IMG/VR virus record: IMGVR_UViG_3300044840_000109
Location: 17,597-81,596 of that record
DNA: 64,000 nt
Strand: one strand, 5' to 3'
Source of the DNA: a virus
Lineage: Duplodnaviria; Caudoviricetes
This document shows positions 35,375-45,380 of this stretch, in pieces. Every line of letters begins with the position of its first letter. Within the stretch, counting starts at the first letter, position 1. The notes under the pieces are model-generated. The model had not been told where the DNA came from. It searched no databases and saw only the letters and a list, made by a program, of their open reading frames with translations. The translations under genes were made by a program, and so were the position numbers.

Positions 35375-36139
35375 TTAGGAGATGTCGCGCTGGTAGGACA
35401 GGGAGATCGTCGCCCGCGCGTTTACCGGGGCGTTATTGCCGTCGCCCGGGGCGTGGGACAGCTGGGCGGATGCGAGCTGCCCGGCGGACCACGGACCCTC
35501 CCAGGCCAGGTTCATACGGTGCTGGTCGACCACCCCGACCTGAATCTGCGACCCGTCGGTGCCGGCCTCGACACCGTTGACCATCAGACGCACGTTGACG
35601 TGGTGGATACCGGGGATCTGCGCGACGTCGGACCACACCTGCAGCGAGATGCGCCACCACCCGGTCTGCGGGCACGGGATGTCGGTGCCGCCCTGGAACA
35701 TGCTGTTCGGGTCATAGTCCGTGCTGCCCCACGGGAAGTTCTGCCAGTTCGCGAACCCCGGCATGAAGGGAAACCCGTTGGCGTGGATGATCGACAACGG
35801 CACGAAGCCATAGGGCGCCGAGGTGGTGACGGTGCGGTTGTTGACCGCTGTCAGCCACGCCACCTGCGCCTGCACCTGGTTGAGCCGGTCCGCGATACTC
35901 GCGTACGTCACCGGCGACGTCATGCCCGCGTACGGGGCCAGGGGCAGCGCGCTGCTGTGCACGGTGCGCGGCGGGTACCGCAGCGACACCCCGGCCCACG
36001 ACGCGGGGTTCAGGCCAACGGCGCGTTCGATGGCCGAGACCTCGTTCTGCAGGTCGTTGACGCCCACCGCATACACGGTGTCGACATTGTCCGTTTTGTT
36101 GGTGAACGTCTTGACGCTGCCCGGATAGACGGCGGTCAT
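35375..36139 (-). CDS. minor tail protein
   Basis: YPGSVKTF..KTD..D.V.A..VN.LQ.EV.AIE pattern; tail module position. Confidence 0.65.
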   Translation of the reverse strand: MTAVYPGSVKTFTNKTDNVDTVYAVGVNDLQNEVSAIERAVGLNPASWAGVSLRYPPRTVHSSALPLAPYAGMTSPVTYASIADRLNQVQAQVAWLTAVNNRTVTTSAPYGFVPLSIIHANGFPFMPGFANWQNFPWGSTDYDPNSMFQGGTDIPCPQTGWWRISLQVWSDVAQIPGIHHVNVRLMVNGVEAGTDGSQIQVGVVDQHRMNLAWEGPWSAGQLASAQLSHAPGDGNNAPVNARATISLSYQRDIS

Positions 36140-36148
36140 GGCTACCCC

Positions 36149-37666
36149 TTAAACCCCGCCGCTGGCGGACATGATGAGCGTGCCGTACTCGGGGATCTCC
36201 CAGTCGCGGCACAGGATGTCGGCGACACCGGTCAGCGGCATGTCGTAGCGCGCCATGATCGGGATCTGCACGTAGTCGACTCCGGCGACCTCCTGCATCA
36301 CCTCGTACATGCGGCTGAGCGAGACACGTCCGCCGAATGTCGTCTGCGAGGTGGCGAACGCGTTCTGCCACGCCGCCTGCACGGCCGCCTGCACGTTGGC
36401 GCGCCGGTAGCGCGGCTTGACCCCGAGAATGACCGGCGACGTCGAGGATCCCAGGTTGATGTAGACCTGGGTGCCGTTGAAGCACGTTACCGTCGCCCCG
36501 GACAGCGCCAGCGGCTGCACGTACGCCACCACCGAGTCGAGCTGCGCCTGGCTCAACGTGTTGTTGTTCGGGCCGATGACGTAGATGGCGATGGAGGCGT
36601 TGGAGGTGCCCACCGCCTTGGCGTCGGCCACGCCGGGCACGGTGAGCGCCAGGTTCGCGAAGTCGGCCAGGGCGACCGCGCGGCCCTGCGCGGAGAACTG
36701 GCGCGGGGCGTTCGCGCGGATGGAGTCGAGGGATTCCTGGTCTGCTCCGCCCGACATCTGGGTGGACCCGTTGATGGGTTCGATCTGCACGCCGGGGACG
36801 GCGGTGGCCAGGTCTACGATGGCGCCCGCAGGCTGGTTTCCGTAACTGCCGCCGCCGGTACGGTAGTTGGCTGTGATGAGCATGTTGGTCGGCGGGATCG
36901 CACCGTTGACGCCGTCGCCGAACGTCACATGCGTGACACCGGTGTCGTCGGTGGAGGCGGTGAAAATCTGGGCCGTGGCTGGCTGCAGCAGGAAATCCGG
37001 CTGCGCGATCCACTCGGTGCCGCCGCTCCCGTCATCGATGATCACGCGGACCGTGGACAGCAGCACCGGCGATTGCGCCAGCGCCAGCATCTGCGTCGCG
37101 GTTCCATCCGAGACGCCCAGGTCCTCCACCAGGACCGGCAGTCCGGTCGCGTACAGCGTCACCGCCCGCGAGCCCTGTGTGCGCCCCTCCAGGACCGACG
37201 CCGGCACCGAGATGTCCGAGCCGGTCCACGCGGGCACCGTCACCGCGACCGTCGTCTCGAACACCACCGGCGCGTCGAGCGCCGGCTGGAACGCCGTCAC
37301 CACCTGCGTCCCGGCCGGGAGCACGAACGGAGAAGTGAGCGCCACGGTGGGAGCGAACGACACCACCCCGCCGGCCGGTGTCGCGGGATAGGGGGTGTAC
37401 CCGAGCTGCTGGGCTATGGCCGTCACGCTGGAGCGCTGGGTAGCGGTCGCCAGAAACCCCTCGTCTATGATTCGGTCCTGGTAAAAGGAGATGATGTCCC
37501 CGAAATAGGCGAACAGCTCCACCAGCATCACGCCGAAATCCGACGGGGACCGCGACGTCCAGGTCGGCAGCACCTGCGTGGCGTAGTCCAGCAGCGATTC
37601 CCGGTAGCCCACATAGTCGCGCGACGTGTAGTCAATCGCGGCGACAAGCCCTGGATCGGCGGCCAT
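36149..37666 (-). CDS. baseplate J-like wedge protein
   Basis: DYTSRDY, DFGVMLVE, FGDG..G..P, GGAD.ES...RA..D. Confidence 0.9.
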   Translation of the reverse strand: MAADPGLVAAIDYTSRDYVGYRESLLDYATQVLPTWTSRSPSDFGVMLVELFAYFGDIISFYQDRIIDEGFLATATQRSSVTAIAQQLGYTPYPATPAGGVVSFAPTVALTSPFVLPAGTQVVTAFQPALDAPVVFETTVAVTVPAWTGSDISVPASVLEGRTQGSRAVTLYATGLPVLVEDLGVSDGTATQMLALAQSPVLLSTVRVIIDDGSGGTEWIAQPDFLLQPATAQIFTASTDDTGVTHVTFGDGVNGAIPPTNMLITANYRTGGGSYGNQPAGAIVDLATAVPGVQIEPINGSTQMSGGADQESLDSIRANAPRQFSAQGRAVALADFANLALTVPGVADAKAVGTSNASIAIYVIGPNNNTLSQAQLDSVVAYVQPLALSGATVTCFNGTQVYINLGSSTSPVILGVKPRYRRANVQAAVQAAWQNAFATSQTTFGGRVSLSRMYEVMQEVAGVDYVQIPIMARYDMPLTGVADILCRDWEIPEYGTLIMSASGGV

Positions 37667-37762
37667 GCGGGCACCCTTTCGATTCCCCAGCCGAACCGAA
37701 TAAGTGACGAGTGCTGGCCTATTTACCTGCGAGTCTACGAACCGCGCGCAATTACACGGTAA

Positions 37763-38191
37763 TCACACCCCCAGCGGGCTCACCGTTCCTCCAGCGGAAA
37801 TCCCCACCACCCGCGTGGTCCCCGACTCCGCACCCGGAGTATCCGACCGCGCCACCTGCACGTCGATGTTCACCAGCCCCAGGGAGTCGTTGGTGGAACT
37901 GGTGATGCCCGTGATCACCGCACTGGGCTCCCACGTCGCGGTGGCGTCCTTGACCGCGAGCTGCAGCTGCACGTTGGCGATGTCCGGTGGCATGAACAGG
38001 GATGCGGCGCTGTTGACGCCGTAGGTGGTGCGCATGACGCGCTCACCGGGCACCGTGGCCACCAGCGCCTGCACCCGGTCCAGCAGCTGCAGCCCGCCGT
38101 CCGTGGTGGTCGACAGGGAGCCGCCCGGGTCGATCGCGAAGGGAAGGCGCACGGTGACGGAATCCGACACCGCCTGCACGGGAGTGGACAT
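37763..38191 (-). CDS. baseplate gp25/W-like protein
   Basis: LVAT.PGERVMR..YG and WEP motifs. Confidence 0.88.
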   Translation of the reverse strand: MSTPVQAVSDSVTVRLPFAIDPGGSLSTTTDGGLQLLDRVQALVATVPGERVMRTTYGVNSAASLFMPPDIANVQLQLAVKDATATWEPSAVITGITSSTNDSLGLVNIDVQVARSDTPGAESGTTRVVGISAGGTVSPLGV

Positions 38192-38200
38192 GTCGTCTCC

Positions 38201-38854
38201 TTACACCAGGGGGAATTTTCCGTAGAGATGGAAACAGTCGTTCTGCGCGGCCGTCACGATGACTAGCTCCAGCGTCCCGGCCGTCAAAATCCCGAAGATC
38301 ACCGTCGCCTTGAACGCGAACGCGCTGGTCACATGCACACCGGTGACGCGCCACCGCCGAGCTGGGCGAAAGGCCACCGGCAGGGCGGTGGTGATCGGGT
38401 AGGTGCCGGCCGCGGCGCCGGATGACAGTGTCAGGCGCATGGTGCACGCGATCTCCACGCTCCCGGTGCCGTCCAGGCGGTACTGCAGCGGCGCGAACGT
38501 CCCCCCGACGTCGCCGCCCGCCCAGTTCGTGGCATACCCCGGCGTCGACCAGGGCCCCGGTGCCGGGGTGGCGCCCACGATGGGGGCCGTGATCTGCACG
38601 TCACCCTGGATCCCGTTGACGGACGACACCAGGGGGCGGGAGGGCCAGTACACGGGGTAGTTCTGGTCGCTGCCCGCATACGTCATCTCCACCTGGTCGC
38701 CGGCCTGAGGGAGTCCTGGCACCACGGGCGCCGCCCACCCGGTCACCGCTTCCCCGTGCACCTGCGGCACGTACAGCCTGACCCGGCCCGCGCCCGTGGG
38801 GTCGTTGGCGTCGACCACGACCGCGCTATAGGTCCCACTGAAGGTGTCCATCAC
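38201..38854 (-). CDS. baseplate spike (gp5/gpV OB-fold)
   Basis: DP.G.GRVRL.VP.V....T.WA.P...P..GD.V. Confidence 0.85.
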   Translation of the reverse strand: MMDTFSGTYSAVVVDANDPTGAGRVRLYVPQVHGEAVTGWAAPVVPGLPQAGDQVEMTYAGSDQNYPVYWPSRPLVSSVNGIQGDVQITAPIVGATPAPGPWSTPGYATNWAGGDVGGTFAPLQYRLDGTGSVEIACTMRLTLSSGAAAGTYPITTALPVAFRPARRWRVTGVHVTSAFAFKATVIFGILTAGTLELVIVTAAQNDCFHLYGKFPLV

Positions 38855-40050
38855 GCCGCCTTCAAATACTGCGAGCGCCAGCGCCCGGCCACCAGCGTGG
38901 TCGGTGGCATCGTCGGTACCGCCTGCTGCACCGGAAGGGCCAGCGAACGCGCGTCGTCACGCCCCAGCACCAACGTGCAGGTGTATTCGGTTTTCGCGGC
39001 CGAGGCGTGGTTGATCGCCAGCGTGTGCGTGGCCGCACGCACCATCCACAGCCCCGTGTTCTCGCTGCCCACCCCCGACCCCTCGATGTCGATCAAGGAC
39101 CCGGGCTTGAGGCGCGAGTCTCCATTGGTCACCGCCCGCGCCTCCACCCACAGATACGGGGTGTCCCCGTCCAGCAGCGTCGCCGCTTCCGTGTAGGACC
39201 CGGCCGGATGCCCGGAATACTGCTGAGTGACCAGCGGGGCCACCGCGTTGCCCTGCACGCCGGTGCGCGTCTGGGTGAACACCGCCTGCGAACGCACCCC
39301 GCTGACCGCGTTGAGCGCGGACGTCTGGAACTGCGCACGAATCCCACCGGCCGGGTCGGTGTCACCCACGATCGAGGTGAACTCCCGCAGCGAATTCACG
39401 ACGCCGGGCGTCTTGTCCTGCCGCATCACCGGCACCGAACCATCCCTGGCGGGCATCACCGTCCTACGGTTCACGAACCACAACACCGTGCCGTCCAGGA
39501 ACAGGCGGTACCCCACCCGCGATGTCAGGTCCGCCAGGAAGCCCCAGTCCGACTGGGTCTGCATCCGCGAGGTGTACCGCACCGTGGAAACGTCCACCTG
39601 CGGCTGAAAATTGTGCGAAGTCGCGATCGACGTCGCCAGGTACGAGGGCGACACGTCGGACCACGACCGGTTCACCCGCGACTGCATCGGCATACTCGCC
39701 CCCACCAGCGTGTACACCACCGGCACCACCACCGCGTACCCGAACCGGTCATCGCGCTCGGAGGCCTGCACCCGCGACGAGGCCACGTACCCGTAGAAGT
39801 CACCGTTGTCGTCCGACCACCACCCGTACTGCAGGTGCACGGGGCTTCCCTCCGCCCACACCGCAGTGCCCGCCGGAGAGACCTGCTCCTGCGAGGGGAT
39901 GGAGGTATTGAGCACGTGCGCCACCGTCAGCTCCACCACCTGGTGGGACTGCTCGGCCAGCCAGCACGTCATATCCCGCACCCAGTAGGTCGAGGGCAGG
40001 TCGGGAAGCACGACGTTCACATGCGGGGAATAGACATTACGCCAGGCCAC
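38851..40050 (-). CDS. baseplate hub (gpD/gp27-like)
   Basis: QSDW.FL..L, G..RLKPG..I.I.G, W.V....H motifs. Confidence 0.8.
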   Translation of the reverse strand: MAWRNVYSPHVNVVLPDLPSTYWVRDMTCWLAEQSHQVVELTVAHVLNTSIPSQEQVSPAGTAVWAEGSPVHLQYGWWSDDNGDFYGYVASSRVQASERDDRFGYAVVVPVVYTLVGASMPMQSRVNRSWSDVSPSYLATSIATSHNFQPQVDVSTVRYTSRMQTQSDWGFLADLTSRVGYRLFLDGTVLWFVNRRTVMPARDGSVPVMRQDKTPGVVNSLREFTSIVGDTDPAGGIRAQFQTSALNAVSGVRSQAVFTQTRTGVQGNAVAPLVTQQYSGHPAGSYTEAATLLDGDTPYLWVEARAVTNGDSRLKPGSLIDIEGSGVGSENTGLWMVRAATHTLAINHASAAKTEYTCTLVLGRDDARSLALPVQQAVPTMPPTTLVAGRWRSQYLKAA

Positions 40051-40321
40051 GGGGCACCATCACCGCCGTCCCAGCCGCCGGCGCCGTCCAATCCAGCACC
40101 GACGGATTCGCCCGCGCCAGCACCCACCACGCATCCTCCGCCCGGTAGTGCGCCGCCCCCAGCAGGTCCACCCGCGACCGCCCTGTCCACAGCGTGTCCC
40201 GCACCCGCAACGACACCGCCGACGGCGTCTGGTGCACGATCGCCAGCTGCGCTGACCCGTCGCGGCCGGCGAACAGCGCGGTCTGGTTGGTCTGGTAGCG
40301 CGAGGTGCGCGAAATAGCCAC
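40037..40321 (-). CDS. LysM-like tail X protein
   Basis: RVDLLGAAHY..EDAWWVLARANP; start GTG 40321. Confidence 0.75.
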   Translation of the reverse strand: MAISRTSRYQTNQTALFAGRDGSAQLAIVHQTPSAVSLRVRDTLWTGRSRVDLLGAAHYRAEDAWWVLARANPSVLDWTAPAAGTAVMVPRGLA

Positions 40322-40332
40322 GGAAAATCCCC

Positions 40333-41148
40333 TCACTGCCAGCCGGCGGACGACATGAGCTGCATGGTGAGGTTGACACCGCACCGAAAGGGAATCATCC
40401 GCTGATTGAAATGCGTGAAGCTAATAGACATCGACGTGACATACCCGAAATACCGCATCAGCGAGATGTCCGGCATCATCATCGCCGGCGTCGTGGACTG
40501 TTGGGTCTGCCCGTAGTTGCCGCCCAGGATCAGCGGGAAAACCGCCCAGATCGGCAGCATCTGCATCGTTCCGTACACCGAATTGGACGAGATCGTTCCC
40601 TTCGCCCCCTTGCCCGCCACCGACACCAGTGCGTTGGCCTGGTCCGCGGCGCTCAGCGGCATCGTGATCCCGGTCAATCCCTTCAACACGTGCATGTCCA
40701 CCAGGACCCCGAGGTCGTGAGCGAACCCGCTCTTCCCGTAATTCACCTCGTAGGTCCGGTCGAAAAGCAGCGAGAAATTCAGTGTGCCGCCCGTGCCCAC
40801 GATCGCGGTGCCGGTATCCGCCGAGGAGCGCAGGAACGCCGGCGTCACACCGTTGTTGGTGTCCAGCGAGTACGACTCGTCAATCTCCGAAGGGTTGTAG
40901 AGGAACAGCAGGGTGTAGAAAGCAGTCGCCGTGGTCGACGCCGACGGAACATCGGTACCACCACCGATCGGAATGCTCGCCATGGTGATGCCGGGGGAGG
41001 CCGTCTGCATGTAGCCCTTGGTCAGATTCCCGTGCGGCAGCGTCGGGTCCTTCACCACCGCCGTGGGCGGAAACGCGGTGATCCGCGAATCGAACGCCGG
41101 ATTGATCGTCGGGCCCAAGGCCTTCGGAGTCGTAGAGGCAGCCATCAC
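40333..41148 (-). CDS. tube initiator / minor tail protein
   Basis: FLYNPSEI, LLFDRTYE, GYVTSMSI..THF...P.RC. Confidence 0.7.
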   Translation of the reverse strand: MMAASTTPKALGPTINPAFDSRITAFPPTAVVKDPTLPHGNLTKGYMQTASPGITMASIPIGGGTDVPSASTTATAFYTLLFLYNPSEIDESYSLDTNNGVTPAFLRSSADTGTAIVGTGGTLNFSLLFDRTYEVNYGKSGFAHDLGVLVDMHVLKGLTGITMPLSAADQANALVSVAGKGAKGTISSNSVYGTMQMLPIWAVFPLILGGNYGQTQQSTTPAMMMPDISLMRYFGYVTSMSISFTHFNQRMIPFRCGVNLTMQLMSSAGWQ

Positions 41149-43973
41149 CAGCCACCCATCAACGTCTTGATCCGGTCGTCAGCGGCAACGAAATCAACGA
41201 ACGACTTCGCCGCGGTCTTCGCACCGTCCGAAGTGGCCGACGGCATCTGCACCACCACCGCACCCGCGCTGAAATTGATCGACACTGCACCACCGGCCCC
41301 GCCGCGCACACCCTGCGCCGCAGAACGCCGCGCGTCACGGGCCTGGTTGGCGTTGAGCACCATCTCGCCGCCATGCAGGTGCGCCAGCTGGTCGCCCACC
41401 ACCTCGCTGATCCCCGAGGAATACCAGTTGTTGGACTGCTCATGGGCCCACGCACCAGCCGGGTCGCCATAGCGACCCCTGATGTAGTTCAGACCCCACG
41501 AAATCTGCGACTTGGCATCGCCCAGGTTGAACGGGTGACCATGCCCGAGCGCCTGCGGAATCCCATAGGCTCCCGATCCCTTGTTCACCGAATTGGCGTC
41601 CCAGGTCGACTCCTGATTCCACAGTTTGAAAAGGTCAACGAACTGCGTGCCCGTCCACCCGGCCGCTGCCGCCATCTGCTGACCCAGCGCCACGTTCGCC
41701 TTCTCCGCCGCGGTGTAACCGCCCGTGTTGACGCCGCTGGGCAGCGAACCGCCGCCGGTCGCACTGGCACCGGCCGTAGCACCCTGCGTCGGCGCCGTGT
41801 CCGCACCCGACCCCGACCCCGAGGGCCCCCCCGAGGAGCCCCCGGAGAACCCACCGCCGTTCAGCACCGCCTCCAGCGCCGCGACCTCCGAACCACCCAA
41901 CGCAGCAGCGCCAGCCGAACCTGACCCGATGCCCCCCTGCGTCGCCGACGCAGCGCCCGGCGTACCGCCGCCCAGGGTCGACGTCACCGAACCGATGCCA
42001 CCGGCAACCCGCTTGGCGAATTTCCAGTTCGGGTCCTGACTGATTTTCTCGAACTTCACGACATCGCCGGTGTGCGGCGCCTCCAGCACCGTGTCAGCGC
42101 CGGTCACCAATCCGACATGCGAAGCCGTTCCCGGAGTCCCGTAGAAGACCAGGTCACCTGGACGCGCTTCCGACACCGGCACCGTGACGCCGGGCGTACC
42201 CGACCCCGACTGCGCCTGCGACGTGCGCGGCAGCGAAATACCACCCGCCCGCCACGCTCCCTGCGTGAACGAGGAGCAGTCCCACACATGCGGACCCTCC
42301 CCGCCATATACGTAAGGATCGCCCAGGTGCTTCTCACCCCATGCCAGCGCAGCAGAGAAATTACCGGTAGGAGCACCACCTCCAGCACCAGAAGCCACAG
42401 CATTCTGAGAACCCCCTGCCGCACTAGAAGCGTTGCCGCCGAGGCCGCTGGGCGACTTCGCCGTGACCTTGGCCGGCGTCTTCGGACTCGGAGTGGGCCT
42501 GCCAACGCCGCGCTGGTAGGGAAGAGATGCCGACTTCGGCGCACCCGGGTCACCGCCCATGCCCGTCTCATAGCCCAGCAGGCCGCCGATGCCGCCCGTC
42601 TGGTACGCCCCGATAACGCCGGTGAACGGTGCCAGCACCTTTTGCAGCAGCGTATTGATATCCGCCAGCGTGTTGGCCGACGCCTTCGCCGCATCCAAAT
42701 ATGTCGCGCTGGACGCCAGGTAACCGTTGGCCTGCTTCCCCTGCAAAACATTCTGCGCCTCGGAAAGCGTCGACCCAATGGGAAGCTGATACTTCTCCAT
42801 CGTCGCGTACGCGCTCCTACCGGCCTTACTGGTGGGGTCGGCCGAGAACGTATTCAGGGTCTTCTGCGCCTGCTCCAGCGTCATCCCCGGCAGGCCCTTC
42901 ACCGTCGGCGACGTCAGCTTGTTCTCTGCCTTCAGCTGATTGATGATCGCCTGCTGCTCCTGGCCGCTGAGCCCGATCTGATTCCCATAGGCCGCGACAG
43001 AAGACGCCAGCGTGCCGCCCGTCGTGATCTCAGCGGCGAACGACTTCTGCGACAGGTTCTGGAAACCGCCGATATTCGCGTTCACGCGGTTGGCGAGAGA
43101 ATTCATCGTCGCCATACCGGAGTCCTGCGTACCACCGAACCCTCGCGCCGGAGTCAGCCCCATCATCTGCGCCGCGTAATATGCGTTGGTCGTGGAGAAC
43201 TTCCCCTGCATCGTCGCAGCAGCCTGCGTACCCATCCCCGGGTTCAGCATCGCCATGGTGGAGGCCGCGTTCAGCAGCCCCGGCTGACTCGCCTGGTACG
43301 CCTGCTGATTAATGGTCAGCGACGCCCCGAACATATCCGAGGCGCTATTGCTCCAGAACTGACCGCCGCCCCGCTGCGCCATGTACCCGTAGGACCGCGC
43401 CAGCGTGCCGCCGGTCTGACCCTGGGTCTGGTTGGACAGCATCATCTGCCGCGAGTACGCGTCCAGCGCGGTCGCGTACGTCTTCTCCCCGCCGCCCCAC
43501 CCGGACACCACCGAGCCAACGGCCTCTACGCCGGCACGGGCGACGCGACCACCCAGGTACGCGGCCCGCTGACCCATCGTCGCTTCGCCCTGGGGGCCGC
43601 GCCCGAACAGCGTGGAAGAGAATCCCGACGCCGCCGAACGCGCTCCCTGGGCCAGGGTGCTCTGCGCCGCGACCTGCGCCCGCAGCCGCGCCGGCGCACC
43701 CAGCTGGTTGGCCACCGACGGCGAGGAACCGAACGTCCCGGTGCCCGAACTACCCACCGTGGATCCACGACCCTCGGCGGCAGCCTGGAGACCCTGCGGG
43801 GCGCGGGTGCGCGTCAGCTGGGCACGCAGCTCGGTCACCGCGGTCCGGAACTCGTCCACGCCATGCTGGAACGCCGTAGTGCCCAGCACCGTGCCGTTGG
43901 CGATGGACCCGGCCGGACTCGACGCAGCCGGCTCCGGCTCCGGGGTCACCCCCCCGGACGGGCTCGCGGTCAC
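41145..43973 (-). CDS. tape measure protein with NlpC/P60 and SLT domains
   Basis: 942 aa, A/G/S-rich; PYVYGG..WDCSS..PGDLVFY..HVG; NQESTW..GAYGIPQA..YG. Confidence 0.85.
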   Translation of the reverse strand: MTASPSGGVTPEPEPAASSPAGSIANGTVLGTTAFQHGVDEFRTAVTELRAQLTRTRAPQGLQAAAEGRGSTVGSSGTGTFGSSPSVANQLGAPARLRAQVAAQSTLAQGARSAASGFSSTLFGRGPQGEATMGQRAAYLGGRVARAGVEAVGSVVSGWGGGEKTYATALDAYSRQMMLSNQTQGQTGGTLARSYGYMAQRGGGQFWSNSASDMFGASLTINQQAYQASQPGLLNAASTMAMLNPGMGTQAAATMQGKFSTTNAYYAAQMMGLTPARGFGGTQDSGMATMNSLANRVNANIGGFQNLSQKSFAAEITTGGTLASSVAAYGNQIGLSGQEQQAIINQLKAENKLTSPTVKGLPGMTLEQAQKTLNTFSADPTSKAGRSAYATMEKYQLPIGSTLSEAQNVLQGKQANGYLASSATYLDAAKASANTLADINTLLQKVLAPFTGVIGAYQTGGIGGLLGYETGMGGDPGAPKSASLPYQRGVGRPTPSPKTPAKVTAKSPSGLGGNASSAAGGSQNAVASGAGGGAPTGNFSAALAWGEKHLGDPYVYGGEGPHVWDCSSFTQGAWRAGGISLPRTSQAQSGSGTPGVTVPVSEARPGDLVFYGTPGTASHVGLVTGADTVLEAPHTGDVVKFEKISQDPNWKFAKRVAGGIGSVTSTLGGGTPGAASATQGGIGSGSAGAAALGGSEVAALEAVLNGGGFSGGSSGGPSGSGSGADTAPTQGATAGASATGGGSLPSGVNTGGYTAAEKANVALGQQMAAAAGWTGTQFVDLFKLWNQESTWDANSVNKGSGAYGIPQALGHGHPFNLGDAKSQISWGLNYIRGRYGDPAGAWAHEQSNNWYSSGISEVVGDQLAHLHGGEMVLNANQARDARRSAAQGVRGGAGGAVSINFSAGAVVVQMPSATSDGAKTAAKSFVDFVAADDRIKTLMGGW

Positions 43974-44920
43974 AGCCGCGCCCGATTCTGCACGGAGTGG
44001 TCGATCTTAGGAGCCTCCGCCGACTTCTTGAGCCCGTGCCCGATCAGCTTCACCAGGTGGCCGCTTACCTTGGACAGGCGCCCGCGCATCTCCTTCTCGT
44101 GCACCGCGCGCGTCCGAGCCACCTTGTCCGCAGCGCTGGCATGCTCGCGCGCCGCCTTGGTGTGCTCGCGCTCCAGCGTCTTCACCTGCTGGTGGATGCC
44201 CCGCAGCGCCTTCACGTGCCCGGCCGCGACCTTGGTCTCCTTGCCCATCTGCCGCACGGTCTTGGCATCATGGCTCGTGGCGATCTTCGCCCGCTTGGTC
44301 ACGTCTTCATGCCGCTGCGCTTCCTTGTTGCGCACTGCCGTGACGTTGTCGGCCGCGCGCTCCTTGTGCCCCCGCTCCTTCGTCCGCGCATCGCGCAGCG
44401 TGGCCGCCACCACGGGGCCGGCCACCGCCGAGGCATGCACGGCCCGCCCCGTCTTTTTGTAATCCTTGTGGAGCCTCTTGAGGTCAGACTTGGCCCCCTT
44501 GTGCTCGTCGGACGCCTTGCCGTGTTCCTTTTTCGCGGCCTTGATGACGTCGTGCTGCTGCTCGATTTCGACTCGCTTGGCACGGTGCGCGGACAGGTTC
44601 TTTCCATGCACATTCTGTGCGTGCCGCGCTTCGTTCTCCGCGACCTTGCGTGCCTTCGTGGCATCGACAATCCGATGGTCCGACTTGGGCGCCGCCTGCG
44701 CCTGCTTAACCGCCGTGCTGGCGTTCTTCTTGGACTCGGCGACGGCCCCGCTGGCACGCTCACGGGTGTCCGCATGCGTGTCTCGCGCCGCGGCCTGGCG
44801 CTTCTGCTGGTGGGCATAATTCTCCCGCGCGACCTCCAGCATGTGCGAGGTCTCACCCGATTCCAGGTGCTCCCCCCCGCCATGCAGGAAGTGCGGAGTG
44901 AGGTGGTTCTCGCTGCTCAT
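43970..44920 (-). CDS. Lys/Ala/His/Arg-rich histone-like coiled-coil protein
   Basis: 316 aa, extremely basic, low complexity. Confidence 0.65.
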   Translation of the reverse strand: MSSENHLTPHFLHGGGEHLESGETSHMLEVARENYAHQQKRQAAARDTHADTRERASGAVAESKKNASTAVKQAQAAPKSDHRIVDATKARKVAENEARHAQNVHGKNLSAHRAKRVEIEQQHDVIKAAKKEHGKASDEHKGAKSDLKRLHKDYKKTGRAVHASAVAGPVVAATLRDARTKERGHKERAADNVTAVRNKEAQRHEDVTKRAKIATSHDAKTVRQMGKETKVAAGHVKALRGIHQQVKTLEREHTKAAREHASAADKVARTRAVHEKEMRGRLSKVSGHLVKLIGHGLKKSAEAPKIDHSVQNRARL

Positions 44921-45183
44921 GTCAGGCTCGCTGCGTTCGAGGGCGCGCTACCGCCCGCAGGAGGCCCCGTACGACCCTTCTTGCCCCCGCCCCCGCCACC
45001 GCTGAACTGCATCGGATTGAGGCTCTTCGCGGCCGTGCCGCTCTCGCCGCCGGCAGCGGCACCAGCTCCGCCTTCGGCTGCTGCGCCGCCTGCTGACGCC
45101 GCGCCTTCGACGGCGCTGCCAGCCAGGACCTCGGCACCGACTTCGGCGCCTACTTCTGCTGCGACGGGGAGGAGGAACGCCAT
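44917..45183 (-). CDS. small Ala/Gly-rich protein
   Basis: 88 aa; putative promoter AAAA-N10-TAGAAT upstream (45213-45232). Confidence 0.6.
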   Translation of the reverse strand: MAFLLPVAAEVGAEVGAEVLAGSAVEGAASAGGAAAEGGAGAAAGGESGTAAKSLNPMQFSGGGGGGKKGRTGPPAGGSAPSNAASLT

Positions 45184-45230
45184 GGTGCACCGCCTTATTG
45201 CTTGTTACTGGAATTCTATGGACGGCGCTT

Positions 45231-45380
45231 TTATCGCTGGAACTCCCAGAGCGCTCTTTTGATCCAGTGGCGGCGCTCGCGAATGGAGAGCGCCTTGATG
45301 GTGTCCAGGGGCCATCCGCCGTGGTGGCGACTCAGGATCTCGAAATCAGCGAACGCGGATTGGTAATTGGACTCAACGAA
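45231..45380 (-). CDS. tail assembly chaperone C-terminal extension in the +1 frame (no start codon)
   Basis: FVESNYQSAFADFEILSRHHGGWPLDTIKALSIRERRHWIKRALWEFQR*; no ATG/GTG/TTG after the upstream in-frame stop. Confidence 0.7.
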   Translation of the reverse strand, partial: FVESNYQSAFADFEILSRHHGGWPLDTIKALSIRERRHWIKRALWEFQR

